This document shows, one piece after another, positions 1-14,696 of a DNA stretch of 64,000 bases. The position numbers were made by a program, and so were the translations under genes. Under the pieces are notes generated by a model. It saw nothing but the letters and a program-made list of their open reading frames with translations, was not told the DNA's origin and made no database searches. How positions within the stretch are numbered: position 1 is the stretch's first letter; each line of letters opens with the position of its first letter. Source of the stretch: Eledone cirrhosa (taxonomy: Eukaryota); contig OZ024743.1 of the NCBI GenBank assembly GCA_964016885.1, positions 3,844,001 to 3,908,000 on the forward strand, written 5' to 3'.

Positions 1-1209
1 TTGGGAATTTTGTTTGATAAGTTTCTATGTTTGTCAATTATAATAGTTTTAAATCTTAATTTGAAATTATAAATCGATGAAAACCGATTTGTCATTGTAA
101 CAGCCACTTTTGAGCCACTAGCACTTTACAACATAGATTAGTCTACTGAATCTGTGCTCTCCAACATGTTTCACTAATAATTTTCATAAAGATAGATGGA
201 TGCAACATTTTGTCAATGTAATTTATCACATCGGGTATTGATTATTCCTTATAGTACAAGTATATTTATAAAAATCAAGTGCTTTTATTCACAAATCAAG
301 ATGATATTTTTAGAATCTACTTGATAAAGTTGTTTATATTTCCGAGTCAAATATATTGTTGTATTTTTAAATTATCTTTTGTCAATATAAATTAAGGTTC
401 ATTTATAACAGCAACGAATTAATCATAGCTATCATGGTTTTCTTTAAATAGAAGTTACAATAAAATATTATTTGCATTATCGATGTTTCATTGAATTACA
501 ATTGCATTTTCATCAGTATTGACATGGACAATGCATAACCTTGCGCGTTCTTGTTGTTGGGGGATTTGTCTATTAACTATATTTATGGTTTAGTTTGATG
601 AACTGAAGCGCCATTACATTCGTAAGGGCCCCCCGAGACTGTTTAAACTAAAGGACAAGAACACGATTCACTAGCGGCGTAAGTCATAACTAATAAAATC
701 GCAAACCATAACTCTGGTTTTATGCTTGTAATATGGTAAACTACGTTAAAAGAACCCAAGGTCAGGTGATATTTTAAAACCAGACAGCCGATTGCGTCAA
801 TTCATTATCTTATATCTGTATCTATAGAAAAAATTAACGGAGACTACGAAAAAATATGTATGAAGTAGCACAGTTTTAGTATATAGACATGTAAATATAT
901 CAAGTGTTTATTTCCCAATGAACTGGAAAATATTATAATAAATATTTTAACAGATTTTCAGGCCTAAGTGGGCTTTCATCAGAAATCATGTTTATCATCT
1001 AAATGACTAAAACGAAATACACAACCTAGGAGTTTATCTACTCGATCACTCCTAGTAGTATCTGAAATGGATGTACAAAATGATAACAGGTTAAATATAT
1101 TTATCATTTTTTCACTTTTCAGGAAATATGTATCTAGCGTGTTTACATGTTGATATAAACAAAAATGTGTAAATTTCAAAGGCACGTTTACGCAGTCTCA
1201 GTTACCTCT

Positions 1210-2545
1210 ATATTAGAGATATAACGTTATTGTTACATTCGACATTTTGAGCCCCCCTCCCCGACCACCAGAACAACAAAACAAAACCGACATAAGCAAA
1301 ATCGGCAACACTACTAGCATCAAGACCACCACCACGACCCCTACACCACCAATACCACCTCCAATACACCCTACACCACCACCACCACCACAGCAAGAAA
1401 TACAACAGAAAAAAAAACAACAACAATATCAGTGACAAGTACATTAACAACAAAAAGGCAACAGCAACATGAAAAACACCAACAATAGCAACAACATTAA
1501 AAACAAAAATATATCTGCAGCAACGACTGGAAAAGTACAATATGATCGTTTTCCAAAAAAGACTCTTGTTTGCCACAAATGAACAAACTAATCAAATTAG
1601 AAAAATACATTTTACCTCACCCCAACGCACACTCAAGAAAACAGAGAGAACACGCCCACAGCAGATACAGACACATCTACAACACTAACGCCACCAAAAC
1701 CACCACGACCGCCAACGCAACTATCACTACTGTCACGACTAAGACTATCGCAACCACAACCACAACCACCCATAAGAACAACACAGGCATGTAGACACAC
1801 AGAAGCAGCAACAATTAACAACACACACACACACATGCACACGCGCACACGCACATACCCCATACCCCCATACCCCCCACACCTAGTTTTGTGCTAGTGA
1901 GAATGAGAATCAAGAACTAACGTCCATAATAGCAGAAAAGGAGGACATAGAAAGTGAAGATATTTAGTACCAGTACGTTGAAGGTGCCAGAAATACTAAA
2001 AATGGTACGAATATCCCTAGCAAACCATAACATCATGCGAAGTAGCTCCCCACATGACGAGGGAACATTCAATTTAAAAGCCACCAATTGACGTTTAAAG
2101 GGGTTCCAAAAGGAACTAGCATGAAGATAGGAACTGGGACGAGGCAATGAGCAGGCTGCTCTCTCCTAGCCAGAAATGGGCCGAGAGGAAACTATCTCTT
2201 GTCTCTTTGACTAATTTGCAGTTTTGGGTCAAACGAAGATCTAGACTAGGCGCCTGGCTTCAGGAATGTTGTCAGACGCACACAGTCCTCTACCAGCCGT
2301 GTAAAGCCGTCAGTGAATATTCGACTCTAAAATTCTATACAGGACTAGTGGTGGGCAAGAGCGACGACATTCTCGGAGAAACTCTAGGTGTCGACAAGAA
2401 CAACTCGTCGGAGAACGTTATTTATTGTTAATTGTTTTTTGTTGTCCTTTTTTACACGTTATATGTAAATCTCCACTGTTCGTGTTTTATTTATTGTCGT
2501 TTATCTTTGAGCCCGAGTGGCCAATAAAGAAATAATAATAGTAAT
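1210..2545 (+). mobile_element. Possible degraded L1/Tx1-like LINE remnant
   Basis: ACC/AAC-rich tract like the 32-kb ORF1 tail, a GC-richer decayed coding-like stretch, and an aataaa(aat)n end at ~2525. Confidence 0.3.
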
Positions 2546-2757
2546 GGCCTGTTAGTATCTGTATAGCGTCAGACAACATGCTTTACGACATAGTGTTACT
2601 GCCTTTTATGTTCTGATTTCAAATCTCATAGAGGTTAGCTTTGCCTTTCATCCTCCCGGGCTCGCTAAAATAAAGTAGCAGTAACGTATTGGGATCGATT
2701 TAATTGATTTCCCTCTTCCTGTCAAATTGATAGAGTTGTGCCAAATGTAGAAACAAT
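2546..2757 (+). mobile_element. Diverged Meta-domain-type SINE
   Basis: ttgcctttcatcctcccgggctcgctaaaataaagtagcag. Confidence 0.65.
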
Positions 2758-5700
2758 TCTTCTTCTTATTGCTGTTATTGTTGTTACTATACTTTTAGTT
2801 ACAACCCGTCGTAATTTCAGAAATACCTATACGATAAAGATATCTTTCTAAAAGTAAACCTTGACATCATAATATAAATTTTCGATTTTATGAATCTCCC
2901 GATAGGCACAATAAATATCCGAAACTGTGATAAGTTTATTTGACCGAATGTTTAACTCGAAATATATAAAATGTTAACTGTCTGCAGGTGATAAGAGAAG
3001 GAAGTTCTTATCTTTTGTATTCGTCTTTTCCAATTGATAGATACCAAGATGTCTAACTTCATAAGTCCTCGGGATTGTAAGGAAAACTACATAGTTTGAA
3101 ATCAAGAAGAGAATTGATAACTATAATAAATATACGCCTTTTGCTCTACTACCATTTACTTATCTGTTCTATGTTATACTTATGTCTTTGACCTCTATCG
3201 CCTTACGTTTCTCTCATTCTTCACTTTCCTTTCTTTCTCATTTCTCTACACTTCCCCTCCCTTCGGCGCAGCATGAATTTTCTCATTATATTTTTAATTC
3301 CCTTTTTATTACTATCTATTTTTCTGCACACATTGCAAGATATTCCTCACATAATGTTCGAATTTTTAGATATATATTTTCTCATATCCACTTATCTTTT
3401 TATTTAGTATCAATCTGCTTCTTGCATTTTGCTTTACTATCAAACCATGCTCCTATTTCTGCCCTTAGGTACTATCAAAACTTTCTAAACTGAAATATTT
3501 CTCCTTGATTTATGTTACTAAATCGAGAAGGAACAACACTACATTTCACATTTTGGGTATCGTACACTAACCCTGAAGTAAATCTGTTTGTCTAATATAT
3601 TCCATACTCAAAGAACTTTTGTCATTTTAGTCAGGTACTATATTAGTAAAATAACAAATTTGTTTTAAATTACAATAATACGAGATTAAATTTCTGTAAA
3701 TTTGAAATTTAATGCGAAAAAATGCTATTATTTTCTGTAAATTTGGCATATCATGTAGAAAATGAAGAAAGGACAGTTATATAAAATAATAATGTTTTTA
3801 GTTTATAATTTCTTTCTTCGAATTCTTAATATTAATGCTGCATGAATATGCGTGTTGTTTCATCTAAATAGAATCTTGCGTGACTTCAAAGGTTTTTATT
3901 ATCTACTTATAGCGAGTAATATCATAACTTAGTTCGTGAAACCGAACTAACTTTGATGGTGGTTGTTTGATTCTCCAAAACGATGTCAAATATACAGTCG
4001 GAAATACTATATAATGTGTAGCGTGCTGTGATGAGAGTCAGTTGTATTCATCCAATTATTAAAAACAACTATCACAAAATAGAGTACAATAACAAGAGCC
4101 AGTTTATGGTCAATTTTTATATGAGAAATTTGAATGAGTATAATAATTCCAACAAATACTGCTTGAAGGTGTTTTAGATGGAAGGAACTGATACTAAACA
4201 TATAGAGAAAAAATCGGTCACTGGCTTAAGGGCTATTGACGAAGATTAAACTAATATAAATTTCAAGTTTCAAATATCTAAAATCAATTGATGCATTACA
4301 ATATACCAGCATACCAATAATTTATATAACTGGCATCTACCGTACGGCTTTTATAGACAAAGTAAATCTAGTTTGCATATTTCTGGAATCCTGTATCTAA
4401 TATTACACATGCTTTCCTTCCATACTTTAAACATCAATCAGATTAATTCTAATGAATCTAGATTTCTCAATGTTACCCGTGCATTCAGACGAAAATACCT
4501 GTAGCGGTCAAATGTTCAATTCGCAGTTGCCATCGTTTTTATTGTTGTTTCGCTCATACTTGAGCACACACACCGTACAAATTAGTTGATGAAACTACTT
4601 GGTGTAATTCACTAATATGTTCCTGCATATATAAGGTTTCTCCTCACCATGGAGCAAATAACAGTCACTCAGACATGAACTCCTTTCAACTCATTGTTGG
4701 AAGATCCTAGATTAAACTGGTGAGTGTTTTATTAACAAGCAGCATTGATTTCAAGGGTTCTAATGAGAAACATTGATGTAGGATGAACGCAGAGTTACAG
4801 CACCAAATATCCCACACGAACAGCAAACAACAAGAAGATGGAAAGAATCACATGATATAAATCTACTAAAAATTTGAATGAAAATTAATAGCATTGAAAT
4901 CGATGTCATTTATCGTTCTGAGAAATATTGATATAATTTCATCAGAGATATAACGGCTCGAATTGATTTGTAATATTTCAAGTGTTTGAGAGTTTTTCAA
5001 TTCGTGGTGAAGGTAGAGATAATAAAGTTATACATATATCCGAGACAAAGAAAGGCCGTTGAAAAAGTGAATGCAACTTGTGTCGGATATGTATCGTTAT
5101 GCTTGAAAGATATTACTTTATCATATAGAGCACTGTTAATGCGAAGCTGGATCTTTGTGTAGTTCTAAATGTGATTAATGATGATTTATTTTTTATGAAA
5201 ATCGTATTCATCTCTACTGAGCATCTTTTTCTAATATGTCTGCTTGTTCGTTTTTCGGTTATGAAAATGACAAAGATTTTACCTCTTAAAAGCCAACAAT
5301 ACTTAAGAAAATCCAACAATACTTATTAAAAGACATCGGAAACCAACGAGACAACTGTGAAGGAGACTTACAACCGCTTCCGATTACATCCAGCATCCAT
5401 CCTACTTCGCAAACGAGAAAACTACCTTACTGGTACTTCTCTTTGTTACAAACGACTGCAACAATATATCCATTGTCTCTTTGTGATTTCAAATAGTTCG
5501 AGTCCTGACTTAAGGTGGTTGAGCTGGCTTCCTTTCTCACCCTGAATATCTGGGCCGAATTCTTTCAAGGTTAGTCAAAATGATTTGAGGCGTTAAGTAT
5601 TTCACTGTTCATTTAAATACTCGTCCTATAACAACGTTACTGGATATCGCCTTTCTGCCCACGGAAAATGATCATTTACGAGTAGGTTTTCCCTGTCTAT

Positions 5701-7082
5701 TCCGCCAGTTATGCTATCTCTATATACGTAGGGTGACAATACCTTAGACAATTTCTTACAGTGAATGTCTCGACTGTTTGCTTCAACTATGTTTAGTTGG
5801 CCTACCAATACCGTTGCGCGGGATGTGGCGCATTGCTGTATGCAGAAAAATCACCAACCAACCAAGAACAGCTGCGTTTCACAAGGGAGCCTATGGCAGA
5901 CGATATTTCCGGTATATTGTATATTATTTGGCAGAACTACTGTCTGCTAGGCCCTGGAACCTTGTACTTCCTAGGTCACCACATCCCGTAAGTCTATCTA
6001 ACAGAAATTTAGAAATGTTTCATATCAACTCTTTCGATAAGTATCGTAGATATTAATCCATAATATGCTTTTATGCCTTAAAAAATAATATCAATACGTA
6101 TTAGGAAGCCATACAAGGGCACATACTTGACTAACGTTTTATTGTTTATTGTTATTATATTTATGCATAATTTAGAAAACCAAATTTATATCCTGAACAT
6201 AAATGAGTTCGGAAGTTGCATAATATCAACACATAACAGTAAGACATAGCAGGATACATACCCGTATGAATTTCTATCATATAATCGTATTAACTTCATC
6301 TAAGGTTTAGAAAATCGAATTTGTGTCCTACCACATAAGTTACCTATCGAAAACATTGGTACAAATTATAATTTCTGTATTATTGCTTTTGTCATTTTAT
6401 CACATTTTAACACACGGCGCTGACATGTATATATGTGTGGATTGTTTAGTTATGGCAAATTTTCTATATCTTACATATTCAATATAATAATTTATTTAAA
6501 CATTAAATCACTTTTAGTTATTTCCAATCAGACATCGATGCGCTTACTATATCAGAATCGGCTCTCCATTGTTGGAACACATTGCTTCTCAGATATGCCT
6601 TCCGAATGGAGACAATTTAAGCTCAGCAAATCTAATGTGTACCAGAAATAAAAAAATCACTTAATAAGGGATACTAAAATAGCAGGTCGTTATTGCTGTT
6701 CGCCCTAATTCAATAAACTCCGATCTTGCAGATTTATGTTAAAAGATATACCAACTTTTAAGTTTATGTTCAGGAAAACATAACATGACGTGTTTATTCC
6801 ATATTTAAGACGGTACGGTGTGATTGTTAGGAGGTGTGGATCCAACTTCTAAGGGGTGGAAGAGTCATGTAAAGGCTCCCATAACAAACGGACATATACA
6901 ACTGAAACAGTTAACACGCCACTCCGTACAGAAATTCAATAATATAGTAAATATTGTGGCTAAGAAGTTTTCGTTACAAATGAACAAGTATACCAAATTT
7001 GAGTTGATCAATGAATGTGAGTGAAAGGGTGAAATTTGGAAGAGAAAAACTGCGTGGAAGCCTATTATATATATATATATGA

Positions 7083-7200
7083 AGGCGTGTGGCTGAGTGG
7101 TTAGAGAATTGGATTCGCAATCGTAAGGTTGTGAGTTCGATTCCTGGACCAGGCGATGCGTTATGTCCTTGAGCAAGACACTTTATTTCACGTTGCTCCT
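7083..7200 (+). mobile_element. tRNA-derived SINE with CORE-like segment
   Basis: A box tggctgagtgg, B box gagttcgattcc, then tgtccttgagcaagacactt. Confidence 0.8.
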
Positions 7201-7308
7201 TCTACCTGGAGTTGCGACCGATAGATAGCATTAGCAATTGGAAAGACCAACGGAAACATTGTTCCCTCGGTCCGATTTGACGAAAGTCGATCGTTCCTTT
7301 TCCTTTTT

Positions 7309-7345
<37 letters not shown>

Positions 7346-7348
<3 letters not shown>

Positions 7349-8150
7349 GGTGACCCTTAGCAATAGGAAATTTTCCTGTTTCAATTAACATAAAAACTGT
7401 GCAAACTGTCAGCTCAATTGGACAATTATTAGGTGACCATCAAACGCCTTGAATTTCGAACATGGTATACGCAACGATTAATTCTGTTCAAAGGCTGTAT
7501 ACTGTTCCCTATCTCAACCATTTTCTTTTTTCTTCTTAGAGAAATATATGTGGACACATCCAGGCAACCCCAGAAAATGTTTAAAAACGTTCTGAATAAA
7601 ATTTATCAATTTGAAAAATTCCTGAAATAACATGAAAACTTAAGAAATATTAGGTTTTCTTAATAAAGTACACAACTTCTATAAGAGAAACGCATTTTTA
7701 TTTACAGCAATAATTTCTATAGAATCAAAAACATAATGTGGACACCGAACACTGGATATTGAACATTATTTTTGCATAAGAGAGGATTTAGTGGCAGTTG
7801 GGTTTGTTTTAGGGTTTTCGGTAACGACTAGTAAAACAAATTGTTTCTCAGTTTCATCTTTTGTGAGAATGTTATTGTAATCCTGAATAAGTTTGACACC
7901 TCTTTCTGCAACATCATTCACAACAACTGTCTTCTCAAGTTTTTCAAGTCCACTTTTGTAATCAGGATCATCCTTCCATGTCGAGGAAATCGGTGCTGAT
8001 AGAATATCTCGTGAAGAAAGTTTTGGAACCAAGAGTTACAAAAGACGAAAACTCGATGTTTGTAAAGGAAGAAAAGTCTATTTGCTGCAGAATGTACCTC
8101 TTCAGTTGATTTTTTCACATTTGTCTGCTTCCAGCATAACTTGAGCAATA
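7346..8150 (-). mobile_element. hAT-superfamily (hATm-like) transposase C-terminal remnant with terminal TAGGGTG end
   Basis: VVNDVAERGVKLIQDYNNILTKDE. Terminus tagggtgacccttagcaatagg at 7346. Confidence 0.7.
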
Positions 8151-8159
8151 TTTGCCTTA

Positions 8160-8480
8160 ACCTCTCCTTCCTCTCCTTGCTCTCCTTTTCTCATTGCTCT
8201 CCTTTTCTCCTTGCTCTACTTGCTCTCCTTTTATCTTTGCTCTCTTTTTATCCTTGCTCTTCTTGCTCTCCTTTAATCCTTGCTCTCCTTGCTCTCCCTT
8301 TATCCTTGCTCTCCTTTTCTCCTTACTCTCCTTTTATACTTGCTCTCCTTTTCTCATTGCTCCCCTTGCTCTCATTTTCTCATTGCTCTCCTTTTATCCT
8401 TGCTCTCCTTTTCTCCTTGATATCCTTGCTCTACTTGCTCTCCTTTTCGCATTGCTCCCCTTGATCTCCTTTTCTCCTTG
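8160..8480. repeat. CT-rich degenerate minisatellite
   Basis: Recurring ccttgctctccttttct-type units. Confidence 0.8.
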
Positions 8481-8645
8481 TATCTATGTACTTGTATATA
8501 CAAATACAATGAGAAAAGGGGTGCAAGGAGAAATATGAAAGTAAGAAGAGTATATATATATACATATCATATATATATATATATATAACTCAATATAGTG
8601 GATTCATTTCTCTCAGCTATCAACCACATACGGATTTATGTATAT

Positions 8646-8872
8646 TAGGGTGGCCCTTAGCAATAGGTAATTTGCCGGAAGTTAAAATTTTCCTGCTCCC
8701 AGAACAAATATTTTTATCTGAAAAATGACTTTCCGGGCGAAAACTTCAAAATTTTACGGTCGATGAGGGTCGCCTGGCAGTTGTTCGCTTGAGCTAAAGT
8801 TTTGCATAGATTGGTTTCTGGTTAATTGGAACAAGATAGGATGATGGGAGGTAAACTGGTGGGGCCACTCTA
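8646..8872. mobile_element. MITE related to the adjacent hAT element
   Basis: TIRs tagggtggccc / gggccactcta. The left end is nearly the same as the 7346 terminus. Confidence 0.7.
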
Positions 8873-9654
8873 ATATATTAATATATATATATATATGCAT
8901 ATATCTTCAAAATGGCTGACTAAATACGTACATGTTTTTTTCTCATTTTCCTTCCATTCCTTACTCTTCCCACTCTGTATCATTCTATTTCAGCTTTTAT
9001 TTCTCATTTTATCTTCTGGTGACGGACTAGTGATCGAAACGTTGAGACTCTTTTCCTATTATTTCAAGCGTTAAGCTAATATATATCTTCATTGTACTGT
9101 GTTGTTTGCTTTGTTATTTCTGTTTACTTTTTACACACACACACATATATATATATATATATGTATACTTGGATATAAACATACATGTACATATAAATAT
9201 ATAAGTATGTGTGTGTATGTTTGTGTATGTATGTTTGTGTGTGTATGTGTGTGTTGGTCTATGTTTTTATGCGTCGTCATATTGCGTCCTAACAAATATA
9301 ATTCGCTGAAATAAGCTCCTAGATAGATATGTTTGATTAAATCCACAGACCGTTGTCTAATCACCGAAACCAGTGAACGCGTAAAAGTTTAAATATACAT
9401 CCATATTACATACATAAATGTACACACACAAACACACACACATATATATACATTTGTATGTAATTATGCACACATTCACGCAAAAACACCCACACATCTA
9501 TAGGTGTGGGTGAGTGTTTGTATATACGTTTGTACGTACTCACACGAATCCAGATGTAATTTTATGTAATGTTATGTGTGTATTTGTGTGTATTTGTAGG
9601 TTTGTATATATTTATGCGTGTATTTGTGTGTATTTGTAGGTTTGTATATATTTA

Positions 9655-10221
9655 GGTCGCTGGCTGAACTAAAAAGTCACTCGTTCAGCCAATCGGTAGG
9701 GGTTCTCCTACATGGATATAAAGTAGTGGCCGTACTCGAAAACGAGTTGGCAGCCACCATGTATGTATGTATGTATGTATGTATGTATGTATGTATGTAT
9801 GTATGTATCACCGGGAGAGATGACCCCTTAGCCTTTGTCAAGGCAGAATTCTAGGAGAAGGAAAACTCTGATATAACACCTGAAACCCTGATGGTATCCA
9901 ATGATGTTGACTTATTCTTCTTTTTGGTAAATATCATCTTGGTTAAGAGAGTGGGACTGGCTTTGTGCAGTGCCTTTGCTCACTATAAAAGCTTCACGGC
10001 ACAGGCATTGCTTTATATCTGGAGATCTCTCTGCACTTGTCGTCACATGGTACCATGGGCCCAGCACTATGTGTCAATAATTGTCACAAGTGTAGTGTTT
10101 GTACCAGAGTTTTCAAGTCGCTGGCTAGACTAAAAAGTCACACTCGTTCAGCGCATCGGTAGGGGTTCTCCTACATGGATATAAAGTAGTGGCCGTACTC
10201 GAAAACGAGTTGGCAGCCACT
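9655..10221 (+). mobile_element. RTE-derived element: 3' fragment (9655-9760) plus 5'-truncated copy (9807-10221)
   Basis: Matches the reverse complement of 51767-52180. A diverged 5' end also occurs at ~12274-12465. Confidence 0.72.
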
Positions 10222-11002
10222 ATATATTTATGTATGAGTGGACATATAACACCAATATTTATGAAGATAAATTGATCAACTCAGAATCTCGAGACTAGTT
10301 TCATCTATTATATAGATTCACAGAAAGTGCTTAAAAACCGTTACTAATGCCTGAAAATTTACAATTAATAACAAACATATAGCACATATGCCCTTTCAAT
10401 ACAACTTGTAGTTTACGTTTTTTTTTCCTTTATTGATCGATATAATAACTGCGAGCTTGCTGTTTCTGACAATGTTTTACGAAGAATATGAGAAAAGAAA
10501 ACACATCGAATGAAGTAAAATTTGAGAGAGAAGAAAGTTAAAGAAAATAAGGAAACCTTATACCATTACAAAAATAAAATCAATATATAAAACAATAATC
10601 TTAACTAATACATATACATATAAATTACACCTACACGACTGGGTTCTTATGCACAACGAAGTTATCTATCCCTCAAAATATCGATTCTGAAATGTTCTTC
10701 CAAAGTCAAGGCCTTGTTTATAAATAGAATATCGATGACTTTTCTTGTTCTCGCTTCACTCCAAGTCTATTTTAAGAAATCACAGCTTTGAACAAAAATT
10801 TGAATAGCTTCTAACGATTAGCATAGTATTTCCTATTTCATATTTATTATATAAAACTTACTCTGTCAATATCAACAATATTGGTAGCATGAAACCATTT
10901 ACTGTAATATTATATGCATTGAGTTCCATTTTATCGCTGTTCGTTGGAAGCTATATCTTTTATTCGATTACAACTTAGAGTGGATATTATTATGGCTTTT
11001 AA

Positions 11003-11307
11003 GTAATTGTTTCTACTTTTTGGCACAAGTCCAGCAATTATCCCAGTGCATTACTGGTACTTTATTTTATCGACCTCGTAAGGATGAAAGGCAAAGTTAA
11101 CCTCGGCGGGATTTGAACTCAGAATGGCAAGGGCCGTAAATCTATGCGTCAAAGCATGGCGTCCGACCCTCTACCAATGCTGTCAATCCACCACCCTTAA
11201 ATAATTGTTTCTACTTTTGGCACAAGGCCAGCAATTACCCAGTGAATCACTGGTACTTTATTTTATCGACCCCGTAAGGATGAAAGGCAAAGTCAACATT
11301 GGCCGCC
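11003..11307 (-). mobile_element. Two tandem Meta-domain-type SINE copies
   Basis: Reverse complement of gagttcaaatcc...gcctttcatccttacggggtcgataaaataaagtaccag. Confidence 0.8.
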
Positions 11308-11414
11308 CTTAAATAAAGCCAATAAATAATGCATGCCTGTCTATCCGTTTGTATGTATACGTACATGCGGGCATGTATGTATATTGTCTCTTTCCTTTAA
11401 TCTTGAGTTTATGT

Positions 11415-11760
11415 TTGACTGGCCACCTTCTCGGTGGCAAGGCTGCAAAGGAAAAGAAATTGTCGTCGTCGCTTGTGTAAGCGCTCATCCTTTGAATTGT
11501 AAGAATATCTTGCAAATTCTGACAGTTCCCAATATCACGGCCATTTGTAGCTTATGAATTAAGGAGCTACGTTCTTTCTCTACAAATTCAAGTTTAGTTA
11601 TATTTTGGTCTAGTCAGATTAGAATATAAACTGTAGCTCTAATAATGACATGTATGGAGCTGAACGTGTATCTTGGATACTGGATCTGCAAACTCCTCAT
11701 CAATGGTCTGTAGGTATCCTCCTTCTCTTGCACTTTTCTTACCATATTGACATCAAGTCT
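11415..11760 (-). mobile_element. Diverged second copy of the RLE-LINE 3' end
   Basis: Aligns with 13190-13510 (e.g. gtatcttggatactggatctgcaaactcct). Confidence 0.7.
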
Positions 11761-12504
11761 TCCTGATGCCGTGTGCAATTGTTCTCTATGTTTACAATGA
11801 TTGTAGTCACAATTTGATCAAATGTGATTTATACGTTTAGCCATGGTGATTTTGTCTATTCACTAATATTTGTATTTATTTTTGAAAACAGACGATGGTT
11901 TCCTTAACAGGTTTCAAGAGGGTTTTGTAAGAATTAAATTTAAGTTGTTAACAGCTTCGGTAACCTTTCCCTTCAGGCTGTTTTGAATCCTACAATTGTA
12001 TTTAAACGTCCATAGTTAGCATAGTTTGGGTAAAATGTTTTGATTTGTTACTTGGCTTATTTCGTTATGTGTAACGTCACGACGCCTTGTTTATGTAAAT
12101 ATGTAAAAATGTATGTAATACTCGTATGTAATCGTACCGCATTCTGTAACTCAAAGTTTCAAATATATGCTATGCTGCTTTCATATGAACAGTGATTACA
12201 CACGTCTGGGTATCGGTCCGACCACAACGGTCGTCATTTTTATGTATGTATATAGAGGTATGTATGTATGTATTATGTCAAGTGGCTCTCGGGCGGTATT
12301 TGTAACATGTAACCCAGTACAACCAGTCACATGGTTGGGCCTTGACGACTAAACCGGAAACCCCACCAAGCTTGGTGAGGAGGGTGAATTTGTATACCCT
12401 GCAGGGTGAAAAAAACAAAACCCGTCAAAGGGCGGGGAAACTTAAGAGAGTCAATGGCCATCCAATAATGTGTATATATGTGTATATATGTTTTATATAT
12501 ATTT

Positions 12505-12544
<40 letters not shown>

Positions 12545-13189
12545 AATCCATTTTAACTTTTCCCATCTAACTTTTATTTTTTTTGTCTCGACTCCCGCGA
12601 TACAAAACAGGAGAAAACGAAACACATTAAGAGCATTTAAATGTAGACCATCAAAGTAGAAGCCTTAGAAATGATTCAGGCAAGTGTGGTAAATGCGATA
12701 GGATTGGTCCATCAAAATAATAGCCAGGCTATGGGAAAATATGCATAAAGTGACATAAACAAAATCTATCATACTGACATTTATTCTAAATGGGAAAAAT
12801 GGCGTAATATCTGACCGGAGACAAGTTTTCAAAGTAGAAGATGGACAGAGCATCGAGTGTTACGCTCATTTTACACGGATCTATTGCAATCAACTAACAG
12901 CTGACTGAAGAGCTACAGTTAACATAACATCAAATCAAAAGGCAGGCTGAATTCAAACGTTGCAGTCAATAACAAAGTCACAAGATACATATGTTAAATT
13001 AGACAGACTTGAAAGGTTACTTAGTGAACTTGTTTTATATATAGATGTTGTGTCTGATTGTGTTCACATGTCTGCAATTAGATGTGTCCTCTTTCATTAT
13101 TAACAACATTAACTTTATTAATTGAAAAGTGTGATGAAGACAACATACGTTCATGTATGTTTCTCTCTCTCTTAATTTCATGTACATTT

Positions 13190-13640
13190 TTGACAGGCCA
13201 CCTTCCTGGTGGCAAGGTTGTAAAAGAAAAGAAATTGTCATCCCTTGAATTGCAAGAATGTTTTGCAAATTTTGAAGGTGCCAGCTATCGCAGCCATTTG
13301 TAGTCTATGAATTAGGGAGCTGCGTTCTTTGTCCACAAATCCAAGTTCAGTTATACTTTGGTCTAAGCGAGTTGGTATATAACCTGAAGCTCCAATAATG
13401 ATGGGTATGAAGCTGAAGGTGTATCTTGGATACTGGATCTGCAAACTCCTTATCAATGGTCCGTTGATGTCCTCCTGCTCTTGTATTTGTCTTACAACGT
13501 TGACGTCAAGTGGGCAGCTGATCTCTACAACAGAGCACGTTTTCAATGTCTAGTCCCAAACAACAATATCAGACCGGTTGTGTTTTAATTTGGTAGCAGT
13601 TTTTATTTTCAGGTTCAACCAGTATTCTTTAGTGCCATCT
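13190..13640 (-). mobile_element. LINE 3' remnant with restriction-like endonuclease domain (R2/R4-type group)
   Basis: HNRSDIVVWD...VVEISCPLD...FSFIPIIIGASGYIP resembles the RPD...E...K RLE C-terminus. Confidence 0.75.
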
Positions 13641-14619
13641 ATCTCAACATATTCCTCATCATTTGTATGTATGTATGTATGTATGTATGTATGTATGTAT
13701 GTATGTATGTATGTATGTATGTATGTATGTATGTATGTATGTATGTATGTCCTTCTGGTTTTATAATTTCACAAAGTTTTACAAATAGAGAGAGAGAGTC
13801 GGTTTCTAACATAGACACAATTCTGTTGTGGTCACCGTGAGGTAGAGATGTGGTCTGCGGCCCAAAGATGCCTGAACCTTCTACCAATATAGGTTTGATG
13901 ACCGGTATTTTAATGTAAAGTTAGTCGATGCCTGTCAAGCATGCACGCAAAGTTGCCCGACGATTAAATTCTCCAGGTTACTTCCAGTTGGAATAGAGAG
14001 CCTGGCGGAGGATTGGGTATTGAAACGCTGTTGAGAATTGTAAATGATTTTATTGCTATTACCACTAGCCTCTTTGTGTTCCCTCTTTTATATCAGGCCT
14101 GGTTGCGACTTTTGTTGTAGCATATTGGAATGTTATTGTTGGTTTTGGTGTTGGTAAAGTGAACTTTATTCAGCATAAATCTTTGATATATTTCTGATTT
14201 TCTTTTCTTCTGAAATATCTCTCTAACAATGAATCTTTCACACAATCTATTTCAGACGAATATTCCCGACGAACTTGATCAAAGATATTTAAATAAACAA
14301 AAATATCTCTCTGTGTAGTTATTGAAACAATCAATTCAAAAGACAAATAAGTAAAACGATTCGAACGAGTCGACTGGTGAGTTATAGTTAGACATTTTAT
14401 GTGTGTCCATTGAAAACATCATTAATATGTATAATGAATAGATACGAAAATGTGTATTCCGAACAGGAATTGGAACAGAATTATAAACTACATTCTATAA
14501 CTGTTTATAAATCATAAAAAAAAATCAATTCAGTTCAGGTTCAGAATGAATAGCAATAAATGTAGTAAAATGTTAAGCAACCAAATAGATGACTTTGATT
14601 TAGCTGTTTAAGAGCAAAG

Positions 14620-14696
14620 TGATTACATTGATGTAATGGTTAAAATGCGTTCGCCCAGCATACAAGTGATGCGAGGTTCGATTTCCCGCAGACACC
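14620..14696 (+). pseudogene. tRNA-like head (SINE fragment or tRNA pseudogene)
   Basis: A-box-like tgatgtaatgg and B-box-like ggttcgatttc, but no clean cloverleaf. Confidence 0.4.

Noticed and set aside
3950-5570. Possible host exons with AG/GT signals (also 16190-16310 and 61800-62280)
   Set aside because: No recognisable protein similarity, frequent stops and no consistent exon chain; transcript data would be needed.
5780-6000. Tc1/mariner-like remnant (LPRSPHP; similar hint near 35650)
   Set aside because: Too degraded to support by eye.
7083-7155. Functional tRNA gene
   Set aside because: It continues directly into SINE body sequence and the acceptor stem is imperfect.
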